DNA from: Planctomycetota bacterium
Lineage (GTDB): Bacteria; Planctomycetota; SZUA-567; H5-PLA8
Direction: 5' to 3'
DNA: 64,000 nt
NCBI GenBank assembly: GCA_026184295.1
Contig: JAHCJK010000001.1
Span: 24,862 to 88,861, forward strand
Shown: piece after piece, positions 36,777 through 46,160 of the stretch
Layout of the letters: each line of letters begins with the position of its first letter
How positions within the stretch are numbered: position 1 is the stretch's first letter
The notes under the pieces: generated by a model
What the model was told of the DNA's origin: nothing
Databases searched by the model: none
Seen by the model: only the letters and a program-made list of their open reading frames with translations
Program-made: the position numbers and the translations under genes

Positions 36777-37481
36777 CTATTTCTTGAGGTCGAAACTCGT
36801 GATCATCTCTTCGAAGGCGTCGCGCTGCGCGTCGATGGTCTCGCGCGGGCCGACGAGCTTGATGTAAAAGGTCCCTTCGTCGGTGGGCACGATTGCGCCG
36901 AGCATCATGAAGTGCTCGCGCGGTTCCTTCTTGTCGGGCGAGAAGTCCATCGCCGTATACGTGCCGGAAAAGACCGCGACGGTGGCCTCGGCGCCCAGCT
37001 TCGTCTTCAGCTCGCGGCGTTCTTCCATGGCGTCCGCGCCGCCCCACTGGCTGTTCTGCCAGCGCTTGAGCGTCTCCTCCGCCGTCCCCGCGCCGCTCAT
37101 CTTGAAGATCTGGAGCTGCGCGTCTTCCTTGTCCTCGCCCTGCTTGGGGACGCGCGCCTGGTAGGTGCGCATCTTGTTCTCGGGTTCCTCGGACTGCCAG
37201 GCCTTCGGCATGCGCGCGGTAAAGAGGACCTTCTTGCCGAACTCGACGTCCACCGAACCCGCGTCCGCCTTGGGGGCGTCGGTCTTCGCGTCGGACTTGG
37301 CTTCGGGCGATTTCTCTTCGGTCTTGGGATTGCCTTCGGGCGCGACGGTCTTTTCCGTGGGCGCCGGCTGGGGCGCGCGTTCGGGCGCGGGGCCCGGGGC
37401 TTTATAGCCGCCGCCGCATCCGGCCAGCAGCAGGGCGCAGGCGGCTGCCGCGGTTCCGGTCACGCGCGTACGCATAGGCAC
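36777..37481 (-). CDS. Lipoprotein, tandem paralog of 36180..36767
   Basis: Lipobox-like LLLAGCGGG. Same C-terminal blocks (YTAMDF, HFMMLGAIVP, FYIKLVGP, AFEEMITSF). Confidence 0.6.
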   Translation of the reverse strand: MPMRTRVTGTAAAACALLLAGCGGGYKAPGPAPERAPQPAPTEKTVAPEGNPKTEEKSPEAKSDAKTDAPKADAGSVDVEFGKKVLFTARMPKAWQSEEPENKMRTYQARVPKQGEDKEDAQLQIFKMSGAGTAEETLKRWQNSQWGGADAMEERRELKTKLGAEATVAVFSGTYTAMDFSPDKKEPREHFMMLGAIVPTDEGTFYIKLVGPRETIDAQRDAFEEMITSFDLKK

Positions 37482-37510
37482 CTCCGTGCGCGGCGCGGGT
37501 ACTTCCGCGC

Positions 37511-38281
37511 TCAGGCGCTCTTGAATTCGCCCGGTTTGGGCAGATCGGCCGCGGACTTGAGGCCGAAGTGTTCGAGGAATTCGTTGCTGACCGTATAGAG
37601 GAGCGGCTGGCCGAGCCCCGTGCCGCGTCCGGCGATCTTGATCAGCTTGCGGTCGAGCAGCAGGCGCAGCACCGGGCCGGCGTCCACGCCGCGGACCGAT
37701 TCGATCTCCGAACGCGCGATCGGTTCCTTGTTGTAGGCGATCAGCGCGAGCGTCTCCAGGCCGGCCTGCGTCAGCTTGCGCTGCACGCGGTGGGCCTTCA
37801 GCTTCTGGATCGCGGGATGGTGTTCGGGGCGCGTGACAAGCTGGTAGCCGTTGGCGATCTCGGCAAGTTCGTACGGGCGGTGCTGTTCTTCGAGCTGCTC
37901 GCGCAGGCTGACGATGGCCTTGCGCACGTCCGCGGTGCGCACGCCGGCCGCGCGCGCCATCTCGCGCGGCGTCAGCGCCGTCTCGCTCGCGAAGAGCAGG
38001 GCCTCGATGGTGCGGCCGAGCGCCACCAGGTCCACCGGCGCGGCCGGTTCCTCGGGCTCCGTCTCGGTGCTCTCGGCCGCCGGCTGTTCGGCCAGCTTCG
38101 AACGGCTCAGGTCCAGGCCTTCGCTTTCGGCGTCCGCTTCGCCTTCCGGTTCCGCGGCTTCGGCGTCCGTCTCGCCGGCTTCGGCGTCCGTCTCGCCGGC
38201 TTCCGCGTCTTCCGCGGAGGTCGCTTCGGCGTCAGCGGGCGCGGCGCCGGCGGGCTCGTTCTTTTCGTCGGGATCGATCAT
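37511..38281 (-). CDS. scpB: Segregation and condensation protein B
   Basis: ScpB winged-helix region (LEALLFASETALTPREMA, YELAEIANGYQLVTRPE, LETLALIAYNKEPIARSEIESVRGVD) after an acidic N-terminal extension. Confidence 0.8.
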   Translation of the reverse strand: MIDPDEKNEPAGAAPADAEATSAEDAEAGETDAEAGETDAEAAEPEGEADAESEGLDLSRSKLAEQPAAESTETEPEEPAAPVDLVALGRTIEALLFASETALTPREMARAAGVRTADVRKAIVSLREQLEEQHRPYELAEIANGYQLVTRPEHHPAIQKLKAHRVQRKLTQAGLETLALIAYNKEPIARSEIESVRGVDAGPVLRLLLDRKLIKIAGRGTGLGQPLLYTVSNEFLEHFGLKSAADLPKPGEFKSA

Positions 38282-38304
38282 GTTCGAATCGGTTCTTCCT
38301 TGAG

Positions 38305-39576
38305 TCACTTTTTCAGGAACGCGCCGACGCGCTTGCAGGCTTCCTGGATGCGCGCCTCGGTGTCCACCAGCGCCATGCGCAGGCAGCCTTCGCCTTCCTC
38401 GCCAAAGCCGCCGCCGGGCGTGAAGCTGACGCCGGTCTCCGCCGCGAGCTTGAAGCTGAAGTCCACCGAGTTCATGTGGCGGAACTTCTCCGGCAGGCGC
38501 TGCCAGGTGAACATCGTCGCGCGGTTCTTCACCGTCGGGCCCCAGCCGTTGGCTTCCAGGCCCGCCAGCAGCGCGTCGCGGCGCTTCTGGTACAGCGCGG
38601 CCTGCGCCTTGATCAACCCGTCGCCCTCGTCGAGCGCCGTGGCCGCCGCGAGCTGGATGCTCTGGAAGATGCCGTAGTCGAAGTAGCCCTTGATGCGCGC
38701 GAGGCAATCGACGAGCAGCGGGTTGCCGGCCAGGAATCCGACGCGCCAGCCGGCCATGTTGTACGGCTTGGACATCGTAAAGGTCTCGACCGCGACGTCC
38801 TTCGCGCCCTTCACCTGCAGGATGCTCGGCGCTTTGTAGCCGTCGAAGCACGAATGCCCGTATGCGAAATCGTTGAGCAGCCAGAAGCGGAAGTGCTTCG
38901 CCATCGCCACGGCTTCTTCGTAGAAGGCCAGGTCCACGGTCTTGGCCGTCGGGTTGTGCGGGAAGTTCAGCACCAGGAACTTCGGGCGCGGGCGCACGGA
39001 TTCGAAGACGCGCTTGATGTCGCCGAGCAGCTTCGCGCCGGGGTTTTCCTCGCTCATGAAGACGCCGATGGGGTTCGCGCCCGCGATGATCGGCGCATAC
39101 ATGTGGATCGTGAAGGCCGGGGTCGGCACCACGCAGGCGTCCTGCGGCCCCAGGATCGCGAGACACAGGTGCGAGAAGGCTTCCTTCGAACCGATGGTCG
39201 CGATCACTTCCTTGTTCGGGTCGAGATCGACGTGGTAGTGCCGCTGGTAGTGGCGCGAAAACGCCTGCTTGAGCGGCAGGATGCCCTTGGCCTGCGAGTA
39301 CCGATGGTTCTTCACCTCTTTAAGCGAATCGATCATCGTCTGGACGACTTCGGGCTGGACGGGATCGACGGGGTTGCCCATGCCGAGGTCGATGACATCG
39401 ACGCCCTTGGCGCGCAGTTCGTCGTTGTGCGCGTTGATCCGGCCGAGCAGGTACGGCGGCAGCAGGCCCATGCGCAGCGCTTCGGGGCGGGGGAAGCCGG
39501 CGGGCACGGCCGCGTCCGCGGCGGCCGTGGAACTCGCCCCCGTGGTCGGCGCCGGCGCGATCGTCTTGGTCCCCAT
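38305..39576 (-). CDS. Class I/II pyridoxal-phosphate aminotransferase (AlaA/LL-DAP-aminotransferase-like)
   Basis: PLP-lysine region TFTMSKPYNMAGWRVGFLAGN. N-terminal GMGNP. About 400 aa. Confidence 0.85.
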   Translation of the reverse strand: MGTKTIAPAPTTGASSTAAADAAVPAGFPRPEALRMGLLPPYLLGRINAHNDELRAKGVDVIDLGMGNPVDPVQPEVVQTMIDSLKEVKNHRYSQAKGILPLKQAFSRHYQRHYHVDLDPNKEVIATIGSKEAFSHLCLAILGPQDACVVPTPAFTIHMYAPIIAGANPIGVFMSEENPGAKLLGDIKRVFESVRPRPKFLVLNFPHNPTAKTVDLAFYEEAVAMAKHFRFWLLNDFAYGHSCFDGYKAPSILQVKGAKDVAVETFTMSKPYNMAGWRVGFLAGNPLLVDCLARIKGYFDYGIFQSIQLAAATALDEGDGLIKAQAALYQKRRDALLAGLEANGWGPTVKNRATMFTWQRLPEKFRHMNSVDFSFKLAAETGVSFTPGGGFGEEGEGCLRMALVDTEARIQEACKRVGAFLKK

Positions 39577-39925
39577 GGCATGGCCCTCACCCGATGAAAA
39601 ACAGCCGCAGGATTGTAGCGACGTTGCCCCGCGCGCGCCAGCAAACGAATACCTGGACTTGATTCACCACGGAGACACGGAGGCACGGAGAAAGACGCAC
39701 GCTGAACTAAACGTTGTAGGACAGGCGTCTCGCCTGTCTGTAGCTTGCCCTGCGCATTCAACGCATCGGTTCGTTAAGGAAGCTGAAAAAAGTTGCCGCT
39801 GTACAGACCCGCATGAGGAGTCAACCCTTCTGCCCGAGGCACCTTCACGGCGCGGACAAACGTTGGGTTGAGAGCATGTATCCAGCCGTGCTCCGTGTCT
39901 CCGTGCCTCCGTGGTGAAAAACGGA

Positions 39926-40933
39926 TCACCCGATGAACTTCAGCATCTCCTGCGTCACGATGTAGCGCGGCTTCTCGCCGGCGAAGAAGCGTTCGAGTTC
40001 CTCGGCGGCCATCGCGCCGAGGCGCTTGCGCCCGCGGCCGACGGAACCGGCGATGTGCGGGGTCAGCGTCAGGTTCGGGCAGCCGTAAAGAGGAGAGCCG
40101 GCCACGGGCGGTTCGGGGTCGGTGACGTCCAGGAAAGCCCAGATGCGCTTCTTATGGAGTTCCGCGACGAGCGCGGTCTCGTCGATCAGGCTGCCGCGCG
40201 AGGTGTTGATCAGGGTCGCGCCGTCCTTCATGGAAGCCAGCCGCGCCGCGTTGACCAGGTGCAGGGTCTCGGGCAGCGAAGGCGCGTGCACGCTGACGAT
40301 GTCGCTGCGCTGGAAGAGTTCGTCCACGTCCACTTTTTCCGCGCCGTATTCCTTGGCCTTTTCGGCGCTGACGAAGGGATCGGTGAGCAGAATCTTGACC
40401 TCGAAGGGCTGGAGCAGGCGCATCACGTTCCGCCCGACGTGGCTGGCGGCGACGATGCCGACGGTGCAGTCGCGCAGGTCGTCGCTGGCGCGGTGGGCCT
40501 TGCGTTCGCGCCACTGGCCCGCGGTGACCTGCGGCGCGACTTCCATCACGTTCTTGCGGCCGATCACCATCAGCCCGATCGCGTAGTGCGCCACGTCCAC
40601 CGCGATCCCCGCCGCCGCGCTGGTGACGAGGATGCCGCGCTTCCACAGGTCGTCGCTGACGAACGGCTTCACGCTGCCCGCCGAATGGGCCATGATCTTG
40701 ATCTTGGGGCACTGCGCGAGCACTTCGTTGGAAAGGCACGGGCTGCCCCAGCCGGTCATGCAGCCGTCCGCGTCCTTCAGCAGCGCCAGCGTCTCCGCCG
40801 CGTCGATCTTGCCCTCGGCCTTCGGCCAGCGCGCGTCGAAGCGTTCGTTGATGCGCGCGACGGTCTCGGCGTTCAGCACATCCTTCTGCGTGCCCTTGGG
40901 GACGATGATCGCAACGACCGGCTTGGCAGCCAT
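39926..40933 (-). CDS. D-isomer-specific 2-hydroxyacid dehydrogenase family (NAD-binding)
   Basis: NAD-binding GxxGxxG-like VGIVAASHVGRNV. Catalytic region SVHAPSLPETLHLVN ... TPHIAGS. Start at MAAKPVV. Confidence 0.8.
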   Translation of the reverse strand: MAAKPVVAIIVPKGTQKDVLNAETVARINERFDARWPKAEGKIDAAETLALLKDADGCMTGWGSPCLSNEVLAQCPKIKIMAHSAGSVKPFVSDDLWKRGILVTSAAAGIAVDVAHYAIGLMVIGRKNVMEVAPQVTAGQWRERKAHRASDDLRDCTVGIVAASHVGRNVMRLLQPFEVKILLTDPFVSAEKAKEYGAEKVDVDELFQRSDIVSVHAPSLPETLHLVNAARLASMKDGATLINTSRGSLIDETALVAELHKKRIWAFLDVTDPEPPVAGSPLYGCPNLTLTPHIAGSVGRGRKRLGAMAAEELERFFAGEKPRYIVTQEMLKFIG

Positions 40934-41038
40934 GCTGGAGTCCTCGGTGGTTTGGAATGGCGTGATCGAGACCCAGTGTAGAGCGTCGGTGGTCCGCGGC
41001 GAGTAGAGATCGGCGGGCGATTTCCACCGCGCGCGGGC

Positions 41039-42088
41039 GTGGACTGGCCGTACAATGCCGCCATGGCGCGCAGAGTTTCCATTACCACCGTGGCCGGCAA
41101 GGCGGGCGTCTCGCTCACCACGGTCTCGATGGTGCTGAACGGCAAGTCCGAACAACTGCACATCAGCGAGACCACGCGCCGCCGCGTGCTCGAGGTCGCG
41201 CGCAAATTGGGCTACCGGCCGCGCGTCCCGGAACTCTTCGCCGCGGGCGTGCGCGGGCTCCTGCGGCACGTCAGCCTCGCGTTCGTCGATCCAAGAGGCC
41301 GCGAGACCCATGAATTTTTCGGGCCCGCGCTCTACGAGATCGTCCGGCTGGCCGGCCGCGAAGGCCTGCTCGTCCACGGCAGCGACGGCGTGAAACCCGC
41401 GCGCGTGGGCGCCTACTGCCGCGAACGCCTGCGCCAGGACTCCGACGGCCTGATCCTCTTTACGTTCGAGACGCGGCCGGCCGCGTGGCTCGACGAGGTC
41501 CGGCGCAGCGGCTTGCCGTGCGTCGTCTACAACCGCGCTTTTGAAGGCATGAACGGGGTGGTGATGGACCACGCCGGGCAGGCCGCGCGGCAGGCGCGCA
41601 AGGTTCTCGACCTGGGCCACAGGCGCATCGCCTGCCTGGCGAACCAGGGCATCGGTTCGGCCGAACCCCGGTTCGCGGGCTTCCACGCCGAACTCGAACG
41701 CGCCGGCTGCTTCGACGAAGAGATGCTCGTGCACGCGGGCTACGACCTCGACGCTTCCGCGGCCGCCGCGTCGCTGCTCTTCGATCGAGGCGGTTTCACG
41801 GCCATCCTCTGCACCCACGACCTCGGCGCGATGGGCGTGCTGCGCGCGGCGCGGCGCAAGGGCGTGGAGATTCCGCGCGACTGCTCGGTGGTCTCGCTGG
41901 ACGGCTACGAATTCGGGCGCATGGCCGAGCCGCCCCTGGAAAGCGTGGCCTATCCGCGGGTGGAAATGGCCCGCGCGGCCCTGGCCCTGCTGCGCAAGAT
42001 CTGCCTGAAACCCCAGCGCCGCTGTGCGCATAAGGTGATACGCGGCAAGGAACTGCGCGGCGGCACTTTGGCGGCTCCGCGTGCTTGA
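41039..42088 (+). CDS. LacI-family transcriptional regulator
   Basis: N-terminal HTH ITTVAGKAGVSLTTVSMVLNG and C-terminal PBP-like domain. Confidence 0.8.
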   Translation: MDWPYNAAMARRVSITTVAGKAGVSLTTVSMVLNGKSEQLHISETTRRRVLEVARKLGYRPRVPELFAAGVRGLLRHVSLAFVDPRGRETHEFFGPALYEIVRLAGREGLLVHGSDGVKPARVGAYCRERLRQDSDGLILFTFETRPAAWLDEVRRSGLPCVVYNRAFEGMNGVVMDHAGQAARQARKVLDLGHRRIACLANQGIGSAEPRFAGFHAELERAGCFDEEMLVHAGYDLDASAAAASLLFDRGGFTAILCTHDLGAMGVLRAARRKGVEIPRDCSVVSLDGYEFGRMAEPPLESVAYPRVEMARAALALLRKICLKPQRRCAHKVIRGKELRGGTLAAPRA

Positions 42089-42200
42089 AGCGCAGCGCGT
42101 TCGGGCCGCGCGGTTCCTTTTATGGAAAGCTATTGACCTCAAATCCCCGGAACCGGTGTATTTACTAAAGTATTTTAGTAACCACCACGGAGACCCGGCC

Positions 42201-43736
42201 ATGAACCTCTCGAAACGTGCCGCCGTAGTCCTTCTCTTGCTCCTTCAGGCGTTCCTCCTGAGAGCCCGCGCGGCCGAAGAAGCGCCGCCGCCGGCGCTGG
42301 CCTTCGAAGTCCAGCCGGCCGAAAAGACGGGGCTGACGCATGCGCTCGACAGCAATCAGGTGAAGTACCCGTGGCTCTCGCCGCTGGTGGACATCGACGG
42401 CGACGGCCACCTGGACGCGCTCTGGTACGGCCACCACGGCGGCGGCGCGGGCGTCTGGATGGGGAAGGGCGGCGGAACCTTCGCCTTCGACGAAAGCGGC
42501 TACGCCGCTCGCTGGGTCTTCGCAGGGCGCGACCCGATCTGGTGGGACCTGAACGGCGACGGCAAGGCCGACGGGATCGGCACCGAACACGTCGCCGGCA
42601 AGACCTTTCTCAACACCGGCGACGGCCATTGGAAGCCGCTGGAAGGCTGGGCCAACTTCGGCGGCGGCATGATCTGGCTCGATGCCGACGGCGACGGGCG
42701 CTACAACGAAGTCTTCACCAACAAGAACAGCATCGTGTCGATGGAACCCATGATGAGCGCCTGGGCCGCTCAATTCCCCGAAAAGGTCGCGCTCAAGCTG
42801 TATGCGAAAATCGAGGAACTCGTGCCGTGGCCCGAAAAGGTCGAACGCAATCCGCACCCGCTCGCGGCGAACTTCCACAACATCTACTGCGTGGACCTGG
42901 ACGGCGACCACGTCAACGAACTGATCGTGACCTTCTCGGGCCCGCAGTTCACCTGGGTGCTCAAGCGCGACGCCTCCGCGCCCAAGGACGCGGGCGCCAA
43001 GGCCTGGAAAGACGCCACCGCGTCCGCCGGCCTGCCGACCGGCCCCGGGCACTGGCTCTTCCCGGAAGACCTGGACTGCGACGGCGACCTGGACCTGCTC
43101 GACTTGAACAACGGAGCCTGGTACGCGAACGACGGCAAAGGCGTCTTTACCGCCGCGCCCGAGAAGGCCTGGGATGCCTCGAAGCGCAAGACCGGCGCGC
43201 CCTGGAGCGGCGACGGGGAACTGGAACTCCAGGACCTGGACAACGACGGTCGCCGCGACCTGATCTTCGGCAACGACCACGGCAACGAATGCGGCGTCTT
43301 TCTCGGCATGGGCAAGGGCCGCTTTACCGAAGTCCCCGGCATCGGCGGCAGCCGCCGCAACCGGCGCTTTGGCGACGTGGACGGCGACGGCGACCTGGAC
43401 ATGATCTCCACTGCCGCGACGCTTGTGCTGACGAAGAATCAGACCGCGAACAAGGGCCTGGCGCTGCGCTTCCAGCCCGCCGCGCCCGCCGAATCGTTCC
43501 TGGGCGCGAAGGTGTGGGTCTACGAACCCGGCAAGATGGGCGATGCGTCCGCGCTGATCCAGTACCGGCAAGGCTTCTTCGAACGCAACTCGAACCGTTC
43601 GAACGTGCTGATTCCTGAGTGGCACATCGGCATCGGTTCGCGCGATTCGTGCGACATCCGCGTCCGCTACCCCAGCGGCAAGGTCGTCGAAATCCCCGGC
43701 GCGAAAGCCGGCACGAAGGCGGTGGCGAAGGAGTGA
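42201..43736 (+). CDS. Secreted FG-GAP repeat / ASPIC-UnbV family protein (paralog A)
   Basis: Signal peptide. Repeated D.DGDG..D calcium-binding FG-GAP-like motifs (DIDGDGHLD, DADGDGRYN, DLDCDGDLD, DVDGDGDLD). C-terminal ASPIC/UnbV-like tail. About 50% identity to 54135..55748. Confidence 0.7.
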   Translation: MNLSKRAAVVLLLLLQAFLLRARAAEEAPPPALAFEVQPAEKTGLTHALDSNQVKYPWLSPLVDIDGDGHLDALWYGHHGGGAGVWMGKGGGTFAFDESGYAARWVFAGRDPIWWDLNGDGKADGIGTEHVAGKTFLNTGDGHWKPLEGWANFGGGMIWLDADGDGRYNEVFTNKNSIVSMEPMMSAWAAQFPEKVALKLYAKIEELVPWPEKVERNPHPLAANFHNIYCVDLDGDHVNELIVTFSGPQFTWVLKRDASAPKDAGAKAWKDATASAGLPTGPGHWLFPEDLDCDGDLDLLDLNNGAWYANDGKGVFTAAPEKAWDASKRKTGAPWSGDGELELQDLDNDGRRDLIFGNDHGNECGVFLGMGKGRFTEVPGIGGSRRNRRFGDVDGDGDLDMISTAATLVLTKNQTANKGLALRFQPAAPAESFLGAKVWVYEPGKMGDASALIQYRQGFFERNSNRSNVLIPEWHIGIGSRDSCDIRVRYPSGKVVEIPGAKAGTKAVAKE

Positions 43737-43762
43737 TCCTTCCGCCTGCGCGGAAGGATCAA

Positions 43763-43965
43763 GGGGTCAGGGGACAGGGCTCAGAGGTCAGGGAACTGCA
43801 AATACAGACGTGCACGCGCCGCCTTAAACGATGGTTCCCTTGGTCGAGCTTTTGTTTGGTTGTTCCCTGACCTCTGATCCCTGTCCCCTGATCCCTGGTA
43901 GTAAAAAAGCCACCGGTTCCCCAGTGGCCTTTCCCTGAATCCTGAATCCTGATTCCTGACCCCTG
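43763..43965. repeat. Heptamer-repeat hairpin element (inverted arrays 43763-43796 and 43862-43895, plus a third array near 43935-43965)
   Basis: ggggtcaggggacagggctcagaggtcagggaac versus gttccctgacctctgatccctgtcccctgatccc, then ccctgaatcctgaatcctgattcctgacccctg. A short hairpin cgtcgtcggcttcgccgacgacg directly abuts the convergent PhyH stop. Confidence 0.75.
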
Positions 43966-43988
43966 CGTCGTCGGCTTCGCCGACGACG

Positions 43989-44885
43989 CTACATCGCCAT
44001 CGCCGGCTTCGGCTTCACGCGATGCATCTGCTTACCCTTGCCGTCCACGTGGGCCTTCTTCCAGCGCGACACCCAATCCTCGTAGTCGCGGGTCACGCTG
44101 TTCGGCGCGGCCTTGCTGCGCACGGGAAAGTCCGGGTGGAACGGACGGCCGGTCGGCGTGCCCGTGCGCTGGTAGCGCAGGTCGATCGTCCAGCGCACCT
44201 GCTCGCTCAGGTTCGGTTGGCCGCGGTGCGGGGTGTACTTGGTCATGAAGACCACGCCGCCGCGCGGGCATTCGGCGCAGAGCGGCTCGGTCTTGGGCAG
44301 CAGGTCGGGGCGAATGGTCGTGCCGCCTTCGGCGACGTGTTCCAGGTGGCCGAGCTTGTGCGCGCCGGGGATCACTTCCATGCAGCCGGTTTGCCTGGTC
44401 GCGTGAATGAGCGGGATCCAGCAGGTGACGATGTCGCTCGAATCGGCCTCTTCCAGCGTGACGCCGGCGTCCTGGTGCCACGGCACGAGACCGTGCTTGC
44501 CGCCGTCCTTGCCGCCCGGCATGCGCGCGCGCAGGTGCTGGATCGGGCTGCACGTCAGTTCCGGTCCGATCAGGCTTTCGACCGCGTCGAGCAAATTATC
44601 GTTGTGGAGGAAGCCGAACATCTGCTTGCCGAGCAAACTCATGATGTCGATGCCGCGTTCGATCTCGGGGCATTGTTCGAAGAGCAACCCGATGCGCTTG
44701 TCGAAGGGCGCGTCCTCGTGCAGGTCCTTGATCTTGCCTTCGGCCTGGAGCTCGCGCGCGCGGCGGTCGATGTAGGCGCTCGTCTCGGCCTCGACGCCCG
44801 CGAAGTCGGCCTCCGTCAGCACGTTCTTGGCGATCAGGACGCCGTTTTCCCGAAACTCCCCCACCTGCTGCGCGCTCAGAAACAT
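43989..44885 (-). CDS. Phytanoyl-CoA dioxygenase (PhyH) family oxygenase
   Basis: PWHQD ... GAH ... HRG motifs in PhyH order. 298 aa. Confidence 0.75.
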   Translation of the reverse strand: MFLSAQQVGEFRENGVLIAKNVLTEADFAGVEAETSAYIDRRARELQAEGKIKDLHEDAPFDKRIGLLFEQCPEIERGIDIMSLLGKQMFGFLHNDNLLDAVESLIGPELTCSPIQHLRARMPGGKDGGKHGLVPWHQDAGVTLEEADSSDIVTCWIPLIHATRQTGCMEVIPGAHKLGHLEHVAEGGTTIRPDLLPKTEPLCAECPRGGVVFMTKYTPHRGQPNLSEQVRWTIDLRYQRTGTPTGRPFHPDFPVRSKAAPNSVTRDYEDWVSRWKKAHVDGKGKQMHRVKPKPAMAM

Positions 44886-45023
44886 GGTCGCTCGTCTCCC
44901 GGTTCCCTGGGCGAACCCCTGGGCTCGCCTTGCATGGTATGGACAATACGTGCTTAGAACGCCTTAAACAATGGACACAAACGCCTGTGTTTTGTACTAT
45001 TTATCCCAAGCGAGGGGTTTCGT

Positions 45024-45953
45024 ATGGACATCGTCAACCGCGTCTATGCCAATCCGGTGGTCCCTGAAGCACACACGGGGGTGCTCTGGATCCCCTTTGA
45101 GGAACCGTACTTCGCGCACATTCTCCATACCACGTTTCGCAACCTCGGGCGGCCTTCGCGCAACGCCCGCCACACGCATGTGCATGATGTCTACCACGTC
45201 GTCCTGGTCTCGAAGGGGAAGGGGCACTTCGTCATCAACGAGCAGGTCCCCGTCGCCGAACCGGGGCGGCTCTTCCTGACCAGCCCGGGCGAATGGCATT
45301 CCTTCGGCCTGGCCGAACACGAAGACACCGAATACTGCGAGGTGACCTTCGAGTTCCGGACGCGGGCGGGCAAGGTGCTCACGCGGCCGATGCACGAAGT
45401 CGTCGCCGCCTGGACCGGACGTCCGTGCCGGGCCGCGACCGTGGTGGCCGCGACGGCCGACCTGCACCTGCTGATCATGGAAGAGATCGAACGGATGGCG
45501 CGGACGGGCTTCGCGCACGAACCCAACTACGCGCTGCGGATGAACGCGAGCCTCTCGCGGGTGCTGCTGGCGCTGTACGAACACGTCTTTTCGGAACGCG
45601 CCGCGTCGGCGCCCGAAGGCATTCCCGCTGCCTTCGACTACATCCAGCGCCACTACCAGGAACCGCTCGCCCTGGAAGAACTCGCGCGCCTGGCCGGCTG
45701 TTCCGCGAACTACCTCTCGCGCCGCTTCAAGGCCCTGTACGGCGCGACGCCGATCGTCTACCAGCAGCGCCTGCGCATGCAGACCGCCGCGCAGCTCCTG
45801 CGCACGACGCAGTACCCGATCAAGCAGATCGCGGAACTCGTCGGCTTCGGCGACGTGTACTTCTTCTCGCGCACGTTTCGAAAAGTCCTGGGCACGCCGC
45901 CGGGCCGCTACCGCAAGGCGCAGGACGACGCGGAGGCGCCGATTGCGGATTGA
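45024..45953 (+). CDS. AraC-family transcriptional regulator
   Basis: C-terminal double HTH (LEELARLAGCSANYLSRRFKALYGATPIVYQQRLRMQTAAQLL, IKQIAELVGFGDVYFFSRTFRKVLGTPPGRY). N-terminal cupin-like sensor. Confidence 0.8.
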   Translation: MDIVNRVYANPVVPEAHTGVLWIPFEEPYFAHILHTTFRNLGRPSRNARHTHVHDVYHVVLVSKGKGHFVINEQVPVAEPGRLFLTSPGEWHSFGLAEHEDTEYCEVTFEFRTRAGKVLTRPMHEVVAAWTGRPCRAATVVAATADLHLLIMEEIERMARTGFAHEPNYALRMNASLSRVLLALYEHVFSERAASAPEGIPAAFDYIQRHYQEPLALEELARLAGCSANYLSRRFKALYGATPIVYQQRLRMQTAAQLLRTTQYPIKQIAELVGFGDVYFFSRTFRKVLGTPPGRYRKAQDDAEAPIAD

Positions 45954-46160
45954 GGCGCGGCCTTACGCGCTTGGGCTGACGCCGAGGCGTTTGACCAGTT
46001 CGTGGGTGATGGCCATGCCGAGGCCCGTGGTCTTTTCGCCCGACGTGCCGAAGCGGCGGACCTTGGAATACGGGGCGAAGATCGCCTTGATCTTCTCCGA
46101 GCGTGACGCGTTCCTGTTTTCGTCCGAGCGTGCTGCGTCCGGCGCGCTGCCCGATACGCG

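Noticed and set aside
35563-42202. Long 5' extensions of ORF-track entries 35563..37047(-), 37511..39166(-), 39926..42202(-) and 50367..52529(-)
   Set aside because: In each case only the 3' portion shows a recognisable protein (membrane protein, ScpB, 2-hydroxyacid dehydrogenase, GH4). The 5' extensions are low-complexity and overlap other well-supported genes. Starts were re-set at the first Met or Val that begins the recognisable domain.
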